In this document: in pieces, positions 26,963-38,894 of the stretch
Position numbering within the stretch: position 1 is the stretch's first letter
Layout: every line of letters starts with the position of its first letter
Assembly: GCF_006345805.1 (NCBI RefSeq)
Contig: NC_042999.1
Coordinates: forward strand, 49,476,001 to 49,540,000
DNA length: 64,000 nt
DNA from: Octopus sinensis
Taxonomy: Eukaryota
Direction of reading: 5' to 3'
Program-made: the position numbers and the translations under genes
Notes under the pieces: model-generated
Database searches by the model: none
What the model was told of the DNA's origin: nothing
The model's input: the letters and a program-made list of their open reading frames with translations, nothing else

Positions 26963-27761
26963 AGATATAATTCTGATAATAATTTTAATAAAATTAAGAA
27001 TTATAAATATATTTATAATAATGATAATAATAATAAGGTTAATAAGAATAAAATTTGGTTAATAGTTCCTTATGGAGATCAAGTTAAAACGAATATTATT
27101 AAAGAGATTTTAGATGTTATAGAACTATTTATTAGAGATAATCGTAAATATAGAAACATTTTCTCTTTTAATAATTTTGGAGTTGGTTACTCTACCACTA
27201 ATAATGTTGGTAACATTATTTCTTCATTTAATAAATATAAACTGAATAATTTTTATAAAAAGAAATTATTTGATAATAATATTAATAATGATAAGACTTA
27301 TATTAATTGTACATGTAGAGATAAATCTAATTGTATATTAAATAATAATTGTGATATTAACGATGTAGTGTATAAATGTATAGTTACATTACATGATAAT
27401 AACTTTAAGAATAATAATTACACAAAAGCGGTTTATATAGGTTCTACTTCCTCAAAAAATAAAACTAAGAATTGCACAACATATGAATTCTTTTAAAATA
27501 AAAACTTAATCAACTCAACCGGACTTAGTAAGTATATTTTGGAGTCTTAAATCACTAAATATTAATTATAGTTTAATATGGGAAATAATTTGTAAAACTA
27601 AATCATATAATATAGGAGCTAATTGTTGTTATTTATGCTCTAATGAGTTTAAAGAAATTTTATTTTATAAGTATGATAATTTACTTAATACTGGGGAGGA
27701 GCGCAAAATAAAATGTAGACACAAGTTACTTTACTTATATAATAAGTTTCATGATAAATAG
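26963..27761 (+). pseudogene. Penelope-like element C-terminal ORF: linker, CxC-x5-C-x5-C motif and GIY-YIG endonuclease (5'-truncated, 3 homopolymer frameshifts)
   Basis: KIWLIVPYGDQVKTNIIKEIL..YSTTNNVGNIISSFN..CTCRDKSNCILNNNCDINDVVYKCIV..VYIGSTSSK/IKLRIAQHMNSFK/NKNLINSTGLSKYI/WSLK..WEII..CYLCSNE..LLN..KCRH..*. Confidence 0.88.
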
Positions 27762-30704
27762 CAATAATAGTTCCCTTTTAGGTTATTTTAGTTTAGTTTA
27801 AATTAGTTTAGATGATATATTTTTGGTTATGTTGTCTAGGATTTAATTATAGTTAGTCTTTATTGATATTTCTTTGTTTTAATTAGTTCATTTTTAATGT
27901 ATATTAATTTAGCAGTTTATGGTACGTTAAAACTTTAATAATTTATATTAGATTTTTTATTTTTTTATTTTTATTTTTATTTATTTTATTTTATTATGTA
28001 TTTTTATTTTGCATTTGTTATATGTATTTTGAGGATATATTTATATGTTTTGGGTGTTATTTAGTGGTGTTTTTATTGAGTTTTGTATGTATGTGTGAAT
28101 GTTTAAGATCCCTTTGTTTTTTGTTTTTTATTTGTATGTTGAATTGACAGATTTTATTTGGGTATTGTCTTTTATAATAAAGTACACACCCATAACAATT
28201 ATAAGTGCCCACTTCATTCGTTGTACTTGGGTTTGCATGTGAGCCTCAGCATATGCACCTAACGGCCACTCCAGCCCCACATGGATAAATAAACACATAC
28301 ATCCCCTAAAAATAATAATAATAAAAAAAAAAAATTAAAAAAAAAAAAAAAAAATCCCATTCACACCAATTATATGTATACAATTATACACACTTGAATA
28401 ATACATACTAGCCCTAATATACAGAACATACTAATAATCACCAACTAACCACCATCACAAATGAAACCCACACCCATACAATGACAAAACTCCCCCATAC
28501 CCTATTTACACCTACATAGTAATCCCAATATATTCTTCCATACATGGACGCAAGTGCGTGAAGCACATGAACATAATTAGTACGTACAACCCCTAATACA
28601 CACTAATATATACGTATCAAGCTCGACCTCCACAGTGATAAGTTTACACACAATCACACCCAGATGGGTGAATTGCACAACCAGTGAATGCTCACACATA
28701 CGGGCGCGATTACATTGTTGCATATATCGAGCCAAAATAGTATGCATATGTACATGTGAGGGGTACACGTAAATGAAGTGAGCGTGTACCCCCCGTATTT
28801 ATACCCGTGCGTGAATATACACATGGAGACTACCACACAGGTACAAATGTGTTTAGAAATGGGGCCCCATCACTACACTTAATGTATACTCTCACCCATC
28901 CGCACGGATGTGTAAGTGTATCTCCGGTGTATATGTTGAGGCTTATATGTAGAGTTGTTGAAGGGAACGTCGTTGAAATTGTGAATGAATGGGTAGAGTT
29001 GGGAATTGTAACCGGGTGGTGGACTAGTGTTGCTTGGAATTGTGAATGGATTAGGGTGGTAATGAGGTAGGCATTGAGTATGGGTTACTGTAAGTTGTTT
29101 GTTAGAGTTACTAGGGTGAGCTAAAGCTCATAAATGTATATAATTGATTTTTCATGATAGTTTTTAAAGAATCCATTCATAATAAATTTTTTTAAGTAGC
29201 GTTGGTTTGCTACGTGGAAATAGTTTTTAGTTCCATTTATTATATTTCTCCATTCATACTATGAATGACGTTTACTTTCTATGGCGCGTATTCTTTTTTT
29301 ACATAGTTATTTCCATGGTAACGTAATTTTGTTTGGTTTTTTAACGGCTAAGAATCTAATTTCACTTCATAATTTGTAACTGAATTGTAAGTATGTATTT
29401 GATTTATCCTTATGTCATAATGTTATTTTTGATATTCTGGTTAATTACGATGTATTTATTGTTGTTTTCATAAGAGTGTTTATGTATATGAGATTGGTTG
29501 TGAGTTTTTAATTGTATAATTAATTTATTTATCTGTATGAGTGTGGGTGTAAATATTGTTGTATATATCGAGTTTTAGTGAGTATGTATATGCGTATATG
29601 TGAGGGAGCATATGTATCTGTTGTGTGTGTGTGTTTGCGTGTGTGTGTGTTTGTGTGTGAATGTGTATTTGGGTTTGTTATTTAGGATTTGGGATGTATG
29701 TGTTAATTTGTCTGTGTGGGGAGGGAGTGGTTTTTGGTGTATATTGAGGTTTATAAGTTAGTATAGGTTTGTGTATAAGTCTTGGGTCTGTGGTTTACGT
29801 GTGGGTTTTTTGTGTGTGAATGTTTAGGTTAGGGGGATTGCTATATAAGTTTGTTATAGGGTTTAGCAAAGGGAGATTTTATCGTTATATGCTTTTATGA
29901 GTTTTGGTTTATCATGGTTTTTTTAGGTAATTTGTGGTATTTTGTCTATTTTAGGTGTTGGTTATTTTTTTACATTGTTTCATTCATAATTTTTGAGTGG
30001 TGTTCGTTTTGCCACGTGAATAACCGGGTGGTGGACTAGCGTTGCTTGGAATGTGAATGGAATAGTGTAGTAGTGAGGTAGGCATAGAGAATGGGATTGG
30101 GTTACTGCAAGTTGTTTGTTAGAGATGCTAAGGTGAGTTAAAGCTCATAAATGTATATAATGTTTTTTGTGGGTGTGTAAGTATTGTTGTATATGTCGAG
30201 TTTAGTGAGTATGTATAGGCGTATATGTGAGGGAGTATATGTATCTTTTGTGTGTGAGTGTTTTGCGTGTGAGTGTGTGTTTGTGTGTGAATGTGTATAT
30301 GGGTTTGTTATTTAGGTTTTGGGATGTATGTGTTAATTTGTCTGTGTGGGGAGGGAGTGGGTTTTGGTGTATATTGAGGTTATAAGTTAGTATAGGTATG
30401 TGTATAAGTCGTGAGTCTGTGGTTTACGTGTGTGTATTTGTGTGTGAATGTTTAGGTTAGGGGGTTTACTTTATAGGTTTGTTATAGAGTTTAGCAAAGG
30501 GAGATTTTATCGTTATATGTTTTTAAGAGTTTTGTTTTATCATGGTTTTTTTTTTAGGGAATTCGTGGTAATTAGTCTATATTTTCGATATGGATTATAT
30601 ATAGGTTATATATGGATTATATACTTATATTTTTTCATTTATACTTTAATTATTTAAAAGTATTATTTTTATATTTTAAAATTTGGATTTTTTAGATTGG
30701 AAGT

Positions 30705-30746
30705 CCACCTGAAGATGTCGATCAAGACAAGAAACGATTGTAGTGG
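30705..30746 (+). ncRNA. Minimal type I hammerhead ribozyme
   Basis: CCAC CUGAAGA UGUC gaucaa GACA A GAAAC gauu GUA^GUGG, one U shorter in stem II than the left-arm copy. Confidence 0.85.
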
Positions 30747-30836
30747 CGGTTTTTTGACTATTTATTAAATTTTATGTATTGATTAAGTCTTTCCTTGTTT
30801 GTTTTGCAAAATAGTGGTTTTGTCTCAAATAATATT

Positions 30837-30879
<43 letters not shown>

Positions 30880-31335
30880 ATTATATCGTTTATTACTTTT
30901 CCTATTTTAACTCATGTCTATTGTCCGAAACACATAGACACGCATACGCACACACACACAGAGGCACACACACAAACACGCACACATACATAGACACGCA
31001 CTCACACGAATACAGACTCAAACGCCTGCGCATATATGGATACACAGAAGAACAGAATGGACCAAGCGGAGTTAGTGTTATGGCGCGGTCACTGATGGAA
31101 AATTTGTCCTAGTAAATTATTTTTTTGCTAAAAAAATTTAGAAATCTAGGTCTGAGTGGAATAAAATAACAAGGTAAAAGTTTTTATTTTTCATTCCTTT
31201 TGAAGATTGCTCTTAAATGTGGTTTTGGTCATTTTGACTACTTCCAGCGTGTAAAAACTGCCTGTTGAAGACAGTTTTCTCTTGTGTTCAAATGTACACT
31301 ATTTTATATTTGAGAATATGTTGTCTATTGACTTT

Positions 31336-31790
31336 TTATACATGCGAGACATGATTCTGCCATTTGATGCGAAGGAATTTCCAGAGACAGCGCAGGTGAA
31401 AGGTATTAAGGCGACGCGCTTGGCATGTGTATGGCGTCCAAGTCTCACTTCCATACTGTAGAGTGCTAAGTACACATGCCTGGTAAATCTTCATTTTTAT
31501 GGTCATGGTCAGCTTATTGTTGTCCCATGCCCATTTGTTTCTTATTAGGGAATGATCTGTGTCACAATCCACGCTGTTGTAACTACGAGTCAGTTGAACA
31601 GATTTCAGAAAGGATCTTCGTGTAATGATGCGATCCAGCTGATGCCAGTGGCGAGATCTTGGATGTCTCCAAGATGCCTTGTGGGATGTCTTGTTGGCAA
31701 AGAATGTGTTGGTGTTGCACATGTTATGGTATACGCAAAATACAAGTAGTCTCTGACCACTGTCATTCACGTTGCCAATACCAAAGCACA
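31336..31790 (-). mobile_element. RTE (BovB-like) LINE remnant: AP-endonuclease C-terminus fused to post-RT region
   Basis: FGIGNVNDSGQRLL..SWRHPRSRHWHQLD..DCDTDHSLI joined in frame to KMKIYQACVLSTLQYGSETW..LNTFHLRCLWKFLRIKWQ. Confidence 0.85.
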
Positions 31791-31821
31791 TACACATACA
31801 TAGATACATTCATATATATAC

Positions 31822-33016
31822 TGTTCGATAAAATACTTAGCGGTTCCAGAAAGGCGATCGATAAACTTACTTCACGGTGCGCCAAAAATGATCGATAAAA
31901 TGACTTAGCGTTTCGACAAACATGATCGACTTAGCTGTTCGGCAAACGAGATCAGTAAAATGACATAGCGGATCGACAACGAAATCCATAAAATGACTTA
32001 GCGGTTCGACAAATATGTTCGATAAAATGACTTAGCGGTTCGCCAAACATGTTCGATAAAAGGACTTAGCGGTTCGGCAAACGAAATCGATAAAATGATG
32101 TAGCGATTCGCAAAAACGAGATCGATAAAATGACTTGGCGGTTCGACAAACGAGATCGATGAAATAAGTTAGCGATTCTCCAAACATAATCGATAAAATG
32201 ACTTAGCGGTTCGCCAAACGCGATCGATAAAATGATGTAGCGGTTCGACAAACAATATCGATAAAATGACTTAGCGGTTAGACATACGAGATCGATAAAA
32301 TGACCTAGCGGTTCGCCAAACGATATCGATAAAATGACCTAGTGGTTCGGCAAATAAGATCGATAAAATGACATAGCGGTTCACCAAACGAGATCGATAA
32401 AATGACTTAGTGGTTCTCCAAAGGAGATCGATAAAATGTCATAGCGGGCCGCTAAAAAAATCGATAAAACGTCTTAACGGTTTGCCAAACGCGATCGATA
32501 AAATGACATAGCAGTTCCACAAACGAGAACGATAAAATGAACTAGTGGTTCGCCAAACGAGATCGATAAAATGAACTAGCGGTTCGCCAAACGCAATCGA
32601 TAAAATGACGTAGCGGTTCGCCGAACAGGATCGATAAAATAACTTAGCGGTTCGCCAAACGTGATCGATGAAATGACGTAGCGTAACGCCAAGCGCGCTC
32701 GATAAAATGACAGTGGTTCGACAAAAGAGATGGATAAAATGACGTAACGGTTCGTCAATCGCGATCGATAAAATGATGTAGCGGTTCGCCAAACGAGATC
32801 GATAAAATGACTTAGCGGTTCGCCAACCGTGTTCGATAAAATTACGCAGCGTAACGCCAAGCGCGCTCGATAAAATGACTTAGCGGTTCGCCAAACGGGA
32901 GCGGTTCGCCAAACAAGATCGATAAAATGACAGCGGTTCGACAAACGTGATCGATAAAATGACCTAACGGTTCGCCAATCGTGATCGATAAAATGACATA
33001 GCGGTTCGCCAAACGA
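31822..33016. repeat. 34-bp minisatellite, ~35 copies
   Basis: Consensus CGAGATCGATAAAATGACTTAGCGGTTCGCCAAA. Confidence 0.95.
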
Positions 33017-33017
33017 G

Positions 33018-33425
33018 TTTACAAACCCAGTGAACATATATTTTCTATTTCAAAGAAATTCAAACTATAGATATAAGACCCAAGTTAAAAAGATTCTCAA
33101 CAATTCAACTTTTCTAGTTGACATTAAGATGCCCACTCCCAATAGGGGTGTTAACTCTCACATTTTAGAGCTCCATGGCCTCTATTTTTCAGGAGCAAAA
33201 TCCTTTTAACAGGTACTATAAGACTGGAATTTTGGAATCTGCGCATAAAAATCAGTAGTATATGATACATGTGGCACGATTACAATTTTGTTTGGGTGTG
33301 TAAAGAGGGAAATAACCCTCATCTGCAATTTTGATGAAATTCGAAACATAGGTATTCCAGTTCATTACAGAAAAGTCTAATTCTTCAATTGTATGTAACT
33401 CGAGCAACGCCGGGTAACTCTGCTA

Positions 33426-33426
<1 letters not shown>
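33018..33426 (+). mobile_element. Helitron-like non-autonomous 3' end
   Basis: Ends CTCGAGCAACGCCGGGTAACTCTGCTAG|T and is colinear with 23801-24220. Confidence 0.7.
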
Positions 33427-33492
<66 letters not shown>

Positions 33493-33494
33493 CA

Positions 33495-33900
33495 ATATAT
33501 ATATACATCCAATACATACAATAGAGAGATGTTTTTGTTGCACTTTTAACACATAAGACTGAAATAGTGGAGAAGATATGATATTGCTGTGGGCTCGCCC
33601 TAGGCAAGAAGTTAAAATGTTTTTGCCCATGACACTCCATGGACCCTAAGTAAGGCATCTGTAAAATTTGAATGAAATTGGTTGTGTAGTTCTCAAGTTT
33701 TAGGGATTCATAGTGGAGAAGATATGATATTGCTATGGGCTCACCCTAGGCAAGAAGTTAAAATGTTTTTGCCCATGACACTCCATGGACCCTAAGTAAG
33801 GCATGTGTAAAATTCGAATGAAATTGGTTGTGTAGTTCTCAAGTTTTAGGGATTTACACAGACAGACACACACACATTCTCAGTTTTATACATATATCAG
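33495..33900 (+). mobile_element. HINE/DINE-like element with an internal ~147-bp tandem duplication
   Basis: 33565-33710 is repeated at 33711-33855. AAATTTGAATGAAATTGGTTG..AGTT..CAGACAGACACAC..TTTTATA end motif. Confidence 0.5.
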
Positions 33901-34591
33901 GATTCCCTGATATTTTTCGCATGATTGTACCCTAAATCTCTTCACAAAACTGGATTATGAACTATAAGGACATACACATATTTTGTAAGTTCAAAACGTT
34001 TTCATCGGATCTCCAAAAAATCGAACTTATCTGCGATTCTTGTAAATTTCAATAACAATCTGTTCCTCTACACGATATGACAGTCACTTTGCTTTTACTC
34101 AGACTTTCCTCTACATGATATGGCAGTCACTTTGCCTCTTACCCAGATTTTCAGAAATTTTGCATGACTGTATCCGAAAATTTCTTCACACAACTTGATC
34201 AAATATTCAATATGAGCTATATGTAGACATGCATAAATTCTATAGGTTTAAAACCTTTCATCGGATCTCCATGAATCGAACTTTCTTCAATGCAGCTAAT
34301 CTTACAACCTCTTTTGTATCTACCCCTTTTGATGTTTGGGAATTCTCTGATGTTTTTTCGGCTGACGAGTACGAGCCATCTGTATTCACTGCATTTTTTG
34401 TAGCTTATTAAAGATGTCCTCGTACGAAACGATCGTACCGAGATTTTAATCCATTCTTGTTGCTTTTTTCCTATTTGTAATCACCCCACTTGTCGTATGG
34501 TTAACACCATATAGATTTCCGGTGCATCCTAGTTAAGGACCATATTCATGTGAATTCTTTAGAATTCACTAGAATCTCAATTACTTAACCG

Positions 34592-34703
<112 letters not shown>

Positions 34704-34786
34704 ATGGGCTCTTAAGGAGCGTCCTCGTTCGAATTGCTTTGCTGCGCCTCTGTTTTGTTTTGTTCTGACAACGTAATTCCTGGTTT

Positions 34787-34866
34787 TTCCTGAAGAGAAA
34801 GCTGCGATATGGTATCCTTATTTAATCAGAATTTGGAAAATTGTGGCCTTTGAAACATGTGTAGAA
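34787..34866 (+). ncRNA. Type I hammerhead ribozyme with long loop 2 (in a pLTR-like fragment ~34700-34925)
   Basis: UUC CUGAAGA GAAAGC-~43nt-GCCUUU GAAAC AUGU GUA^GAA. Core intact, stem II imperfect. Confidence 0.6.
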
Positions 34867-34920
34867 TGTAATAAAAGGAATTCTGTACAATCTTCGTTCA
34901 ACTCCATTTCTTCCATTCAC

Positions 34921-34974
<54 letters not shown>

Positions 34975-36705
34975 CATACATACATACACGAAGACACGAA
35001 CACATATATGTGCGTGTCTTCGTGTTTGTATTTGTATTTGTGCTCACCACCACCACCACCACTTAACAACCAGCATTATTTTGTTTACATCCTCGTTGCT
35101 TAACCAGTTCGTTAAGAAGAGCCCAATTGAATAAGTATCAAGCTTTACAAAAATAAGTACTGGAGTCGATTTGTTCGACTAAATAGATTCCGAATAAAGA
35201 GGAGGTAGATGGAAACAAAGGAGACAGCTGCCAGAAAGACAGCTTCTGTTTTTGGTTGGTTGATTTGATGGAGTTGACCAAACGCCTTATTCTACATCAC
35301 TACTTTATCTTGGACGTCTTCAACGGAATATATTTATTCTCTTACATGCATTCGGAGTCAGTGCTGGGTTTGAGAAAATACCCTCACATCGCCACAGCCC
35401 CACCACGTTTAGAAACACTTGTAGAAAACATTATATGAGTTCCTTCCTCTCTGTTTAAATTCTTGAGGAAGAAACAAACGAATCTTGAATGGATTTGAAA
35501 CCTGCGCCTAAAAATATATGACTAGATACTGTATGCTATCTGCACTTGTACGCCCTGTACTCTGTAATAGTGGTTGATCCAATCATCTTCATCACTCTGA
35601 AATATTGTAGAAATGTTGATTGATTAGTGAGAATACCTTTATTTATTTGTTTGTTATTTATTTATTTTAAGTTTCTAATCAATTATCGATAGGTATTACA
35701 CAGGTGAATTGAAAATTATCGTTTTAAATATCTAAATGATATTTGCTACGGTACTACTCACTAAACTTCTCTATTTTTGTTGTTGTCGTTGTTGTATGTG
35801 TGTGTATGTGTTCTTGTATATGTATATATTCGTTCTTTTACTCTCATTTCCTTCTTTTTGTGTAATTTCCTTGAATTTTTTTTAAGCATTTATTTTCTGT
35901 AAAGATGCACTGTGAAGATAGAAATATGCAATTTCATAGTTTGCGCATTGTATCTGGAAATTACTTATAACAACTACAAAAAATACAATAAAAATAAGTT
36001 TAAAATCGTGTCAGATACAAAAGCTGAAAATTACAGACAGGTAAGAAGACAGAGATAAGAGAAGTATTTTTTTTATATATCCTTGTATAAGCCAACATCA
36101 TAATTATTATTCTAAAACGAACTAATATCTGTTTCCAGCCAACGTTTTATGAATTTGATGAAAGATGTTTCGATGATGTCTTTGTTTTTATATCGTCTTT
36201 AGATAGCTTTCATATACGATTAAGAAAATGGCGGAGAACATCTATCCTGCCAAGTTTACCCTTGGGAAATGTGTTAGATATAAAGTATAGAACGATTTTC
36301 TATATAACATTGAGTAAGTTATAGCCGTGCTTGACGAATAAATTGTATATCTTACATTACTGGGAGCTGTATAGATATCTGCAAAAGCCGATTTTGACAT
36401 AACATCTGACCAAGATTTGACAAGTATCAAAAGTATACTCGAGTCGATCGGATATACAATAAAGAAGAATTAAGAGAGAGAGAGAGAGAGAGAAAGGAAT
36501 AAATCCGTGTAAAGTAAAACTGATCCATTCAACTGATTAATAATGATTTCCATTATTGGTACAAGGCTACAGATATATAACGAATGCGTATAATATAATC
36601 GGCTGAGTCTACTTCGGTATATGGGATTTACTTATTTTTATCAGAGTAAATGCTATGTTTTGGTACATATATATATATAGTTATATTAATAGTAATAATA
36701 ATAAA

Positions 36706-37112
36706 GAGTATGGAGACTTTTACATCCACAAAATTTATTTTATAGTTATATACACCATATTATAATGGCCTACATGTGTTTCCGCTGCGGCAACTGCTCA
36801 CTGTTGCAAATGCAACCTCGCAATATTTTCTGTGCAGCTTCAACAGGAACCGTTCACTTGGTATTCCTCGAAGTAAACTGATTGAAGTAGATTTTTGTTA
36901 GTTATTATTCCACTAACGAACTAACAAGAATTTACATCAATCAGTTCACTTCAAAGATGACCAAATGGACGGACACTGATGAAGCTGCACCAACAATATT
37001 GCAAGGTTGTATTTACTACAGTGAATAGCTGTTTCAGCAGGAACACGTGTAGACCATTATAATATGATGCATATAATTATAAAATAAATTTTGTGGATGT
37101 ACAAGTCTCCAT
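36706..37112. mobile_element. Diverged fold-back (~195-bp arms) of Penelope-like pLTR type
   Basis: GGAGACTT..TACATCCACAAAATTTATTT / AAATAAATTTTGTGGATGTA.AAGTCTCC. The right arm has CTGATGA..GGAACACGTGTA; the left arm on the minus strand has CTGTTGA..GAAACACATGTA. Confidence 0.65.
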
Positions 37113-37614
37113 ATTCCAGTTTACCTATATTGCAGCAAATGAACCAAATACAATTGTTCTCAAACGAGGATCGTCGTGGTTAGCCATTAACTGGAACTTA
37201 ACTGTAAGCTAATACAATATCCGCTCGGATAATATATCCCTCCAAACTCTTGTATATTTAGGTATATATATCTACGATAGGATTAGAATTTTGGAAGCAA
37301 AGGAGCGCGGTTAAATACCTTAAGATATTCACTCCGGCAACCTACTGTACCAAGCTGCCTACGATAATAGTTAAATATCTACTCTTGTCAGATCTGTGGT
37401 CAAAACTACCTGTTGCATTATTCAGAGTTCTTGATAGCTTCTACATGACCGCTCAACCTATTAGAATCTTTCAATTCAGACCCTACAGATTTTTTTTTTA
37501 AATTAGGGGAAGACATATTTGATAACGTAGTCTAAGATACATTTTCTAAAAAGATGGACTGGTCACGGCTAGAATATCTTCCATCATTCGTCTGTTCCAT
37601 CAGAGCCGATCTAG

Positions 37615-37805
37615 GACTTCGTATTTCGTCTGCCGTTACGTTCTGAGTTCAAAATCCGCCGAGTTTCACTTTGCCTTTCATCCTTTCGGGGTCGATAAAT
37701 TAAGTACCAGTTACGCGCTGGGGTCGATGTAGTCGACTTAATCCCTTTGTGTGTCCTTGTTTGCCCCCTCTATGTTTAGCCCCTTGTGGGCAATAAAAAA
37801 ACAAG
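37615..37805 (+). mobile_element. 5'-truncated tRNA-derived SINE
   Basis: Same core and tail as the 14978 family. Confidence 0.85.
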
Positions 37806-38894
37806 AAAATTATCGTAAATCTGAAGACCTGGTAACAAAGCGGATTCTTCTAAAGGCAGCCAAGGTCCAGGTTGTGGTGTTAAACTGCAAGGTGTATTAA
37901 GTCTAGAAACACAGAAAGCACAGAACCAAAACGAAGACAGCTTGGTTCTCGTCCGATGCTCTACTAATTACAATGACACACTGTTTTGGATTGGTGCTTT
38001 GTCTGTATATGATGTCATCAGGAGTAGGAAAAATAGTCACGAAAATACTGCGAGTGTAATATAAAACATTTTAATGCAGCCTTTACAGGTCTGAGTTATC
38101 TTTAGCTTTCAATTGTCAAAAGATGATAAAAGTGTAATATTGTAAAGTAATATACTGCAGTTAGTGAAATTTACTATGATAAAATACCAAGAAATAAAAT
38201 GTATGTCTGATACATATTACTAAGCTTCTGCCAATGGTAAAATCGACTATTTTATATTCTATTGCAAAAATAATGTCCATGCTCGTTACTATCGATTTTA
38301 CCTCTAGTATTACAGGCAAAAGAGCGCAATAGAACACTGATATACAATGCATATATATTGTCGATTGTAATCAGCTCACTTCACTTACTTCAGAATATTT
38401 TGTTTAGCAGAATTGGTAGAGAGACTGGCAAATGACTGGCGATATTTTGGTTGGCATAGTATGTACCAGTTAAGTAATAGTAGTCTATTGAAGTGAATAT
38501 TTTCATTTAGAAGTATTGCTTTGTTCATTTGTTGAAACTCATTATTTTAAGCCATGAAATTCCTCCTCTGCTATCCCTTTAAGATCTGAAACATTTGTTA
38601 CTAGAAAAAAAATGAATCTTGTAATTCCTGTTACAGTCGAATCGGTTCAAGGCGATAGGTTTTCAATTTACTATACAGAGATCTTTGGTTTATACCCCGT
38701 CATCGGTGTATAACTATGTCAATAAAGATGACACAAATAAGAAACTTATCTGTCGATAAGCCAATTCAGCTAATTGCAAATAGTTTAAACATTTCAAATA
38801 TGTGCTATGTTGAGAGACGAGGAAGAAATCTGACTTTCCGGATGCATGTCAGGGAAAAAAGTAAATCAAGGTTTTACTACCATGTCTCACAATA

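Larger units (their letters stand above)
24380..30840 (+). mobile_element. Penelope-like (Naiad-type) retroelement: 5'-truncated + strand copy preceded by inverted copies of its own 3' region
   Basis: 24380-26655 is the reverse complement of 28578-30840. 26655-26962 is an extra inverted copy of ~29895-30200. GIY-YIG ORF at 26963-27761, hammerheads in both arms, (TA)n on both flanks. Confidence 0.85.

Noticed and set aside
24600-30700. Mitochondrial insertion (NUMT) or control region suggested by the strong strand skew
   Set aside because: No mitochondrial gene or tRNA was recognised. The GIY-YIG ORF reads in the standard code and, with the hammerheads, fits a PLE.
24380-30840. Pure long-read fold-back artefact
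   Set aside because: There is a non-palindromic ~1.9-kb core, an extra third segment and a left arm ~70 nt longer than the right. This is not fully excluded without raw reads.
31822-33016. CRISPR-like array
   Set aside because: The units are contiguous with no unique spacers, there are no cas genes, and the context is eukaryotic.
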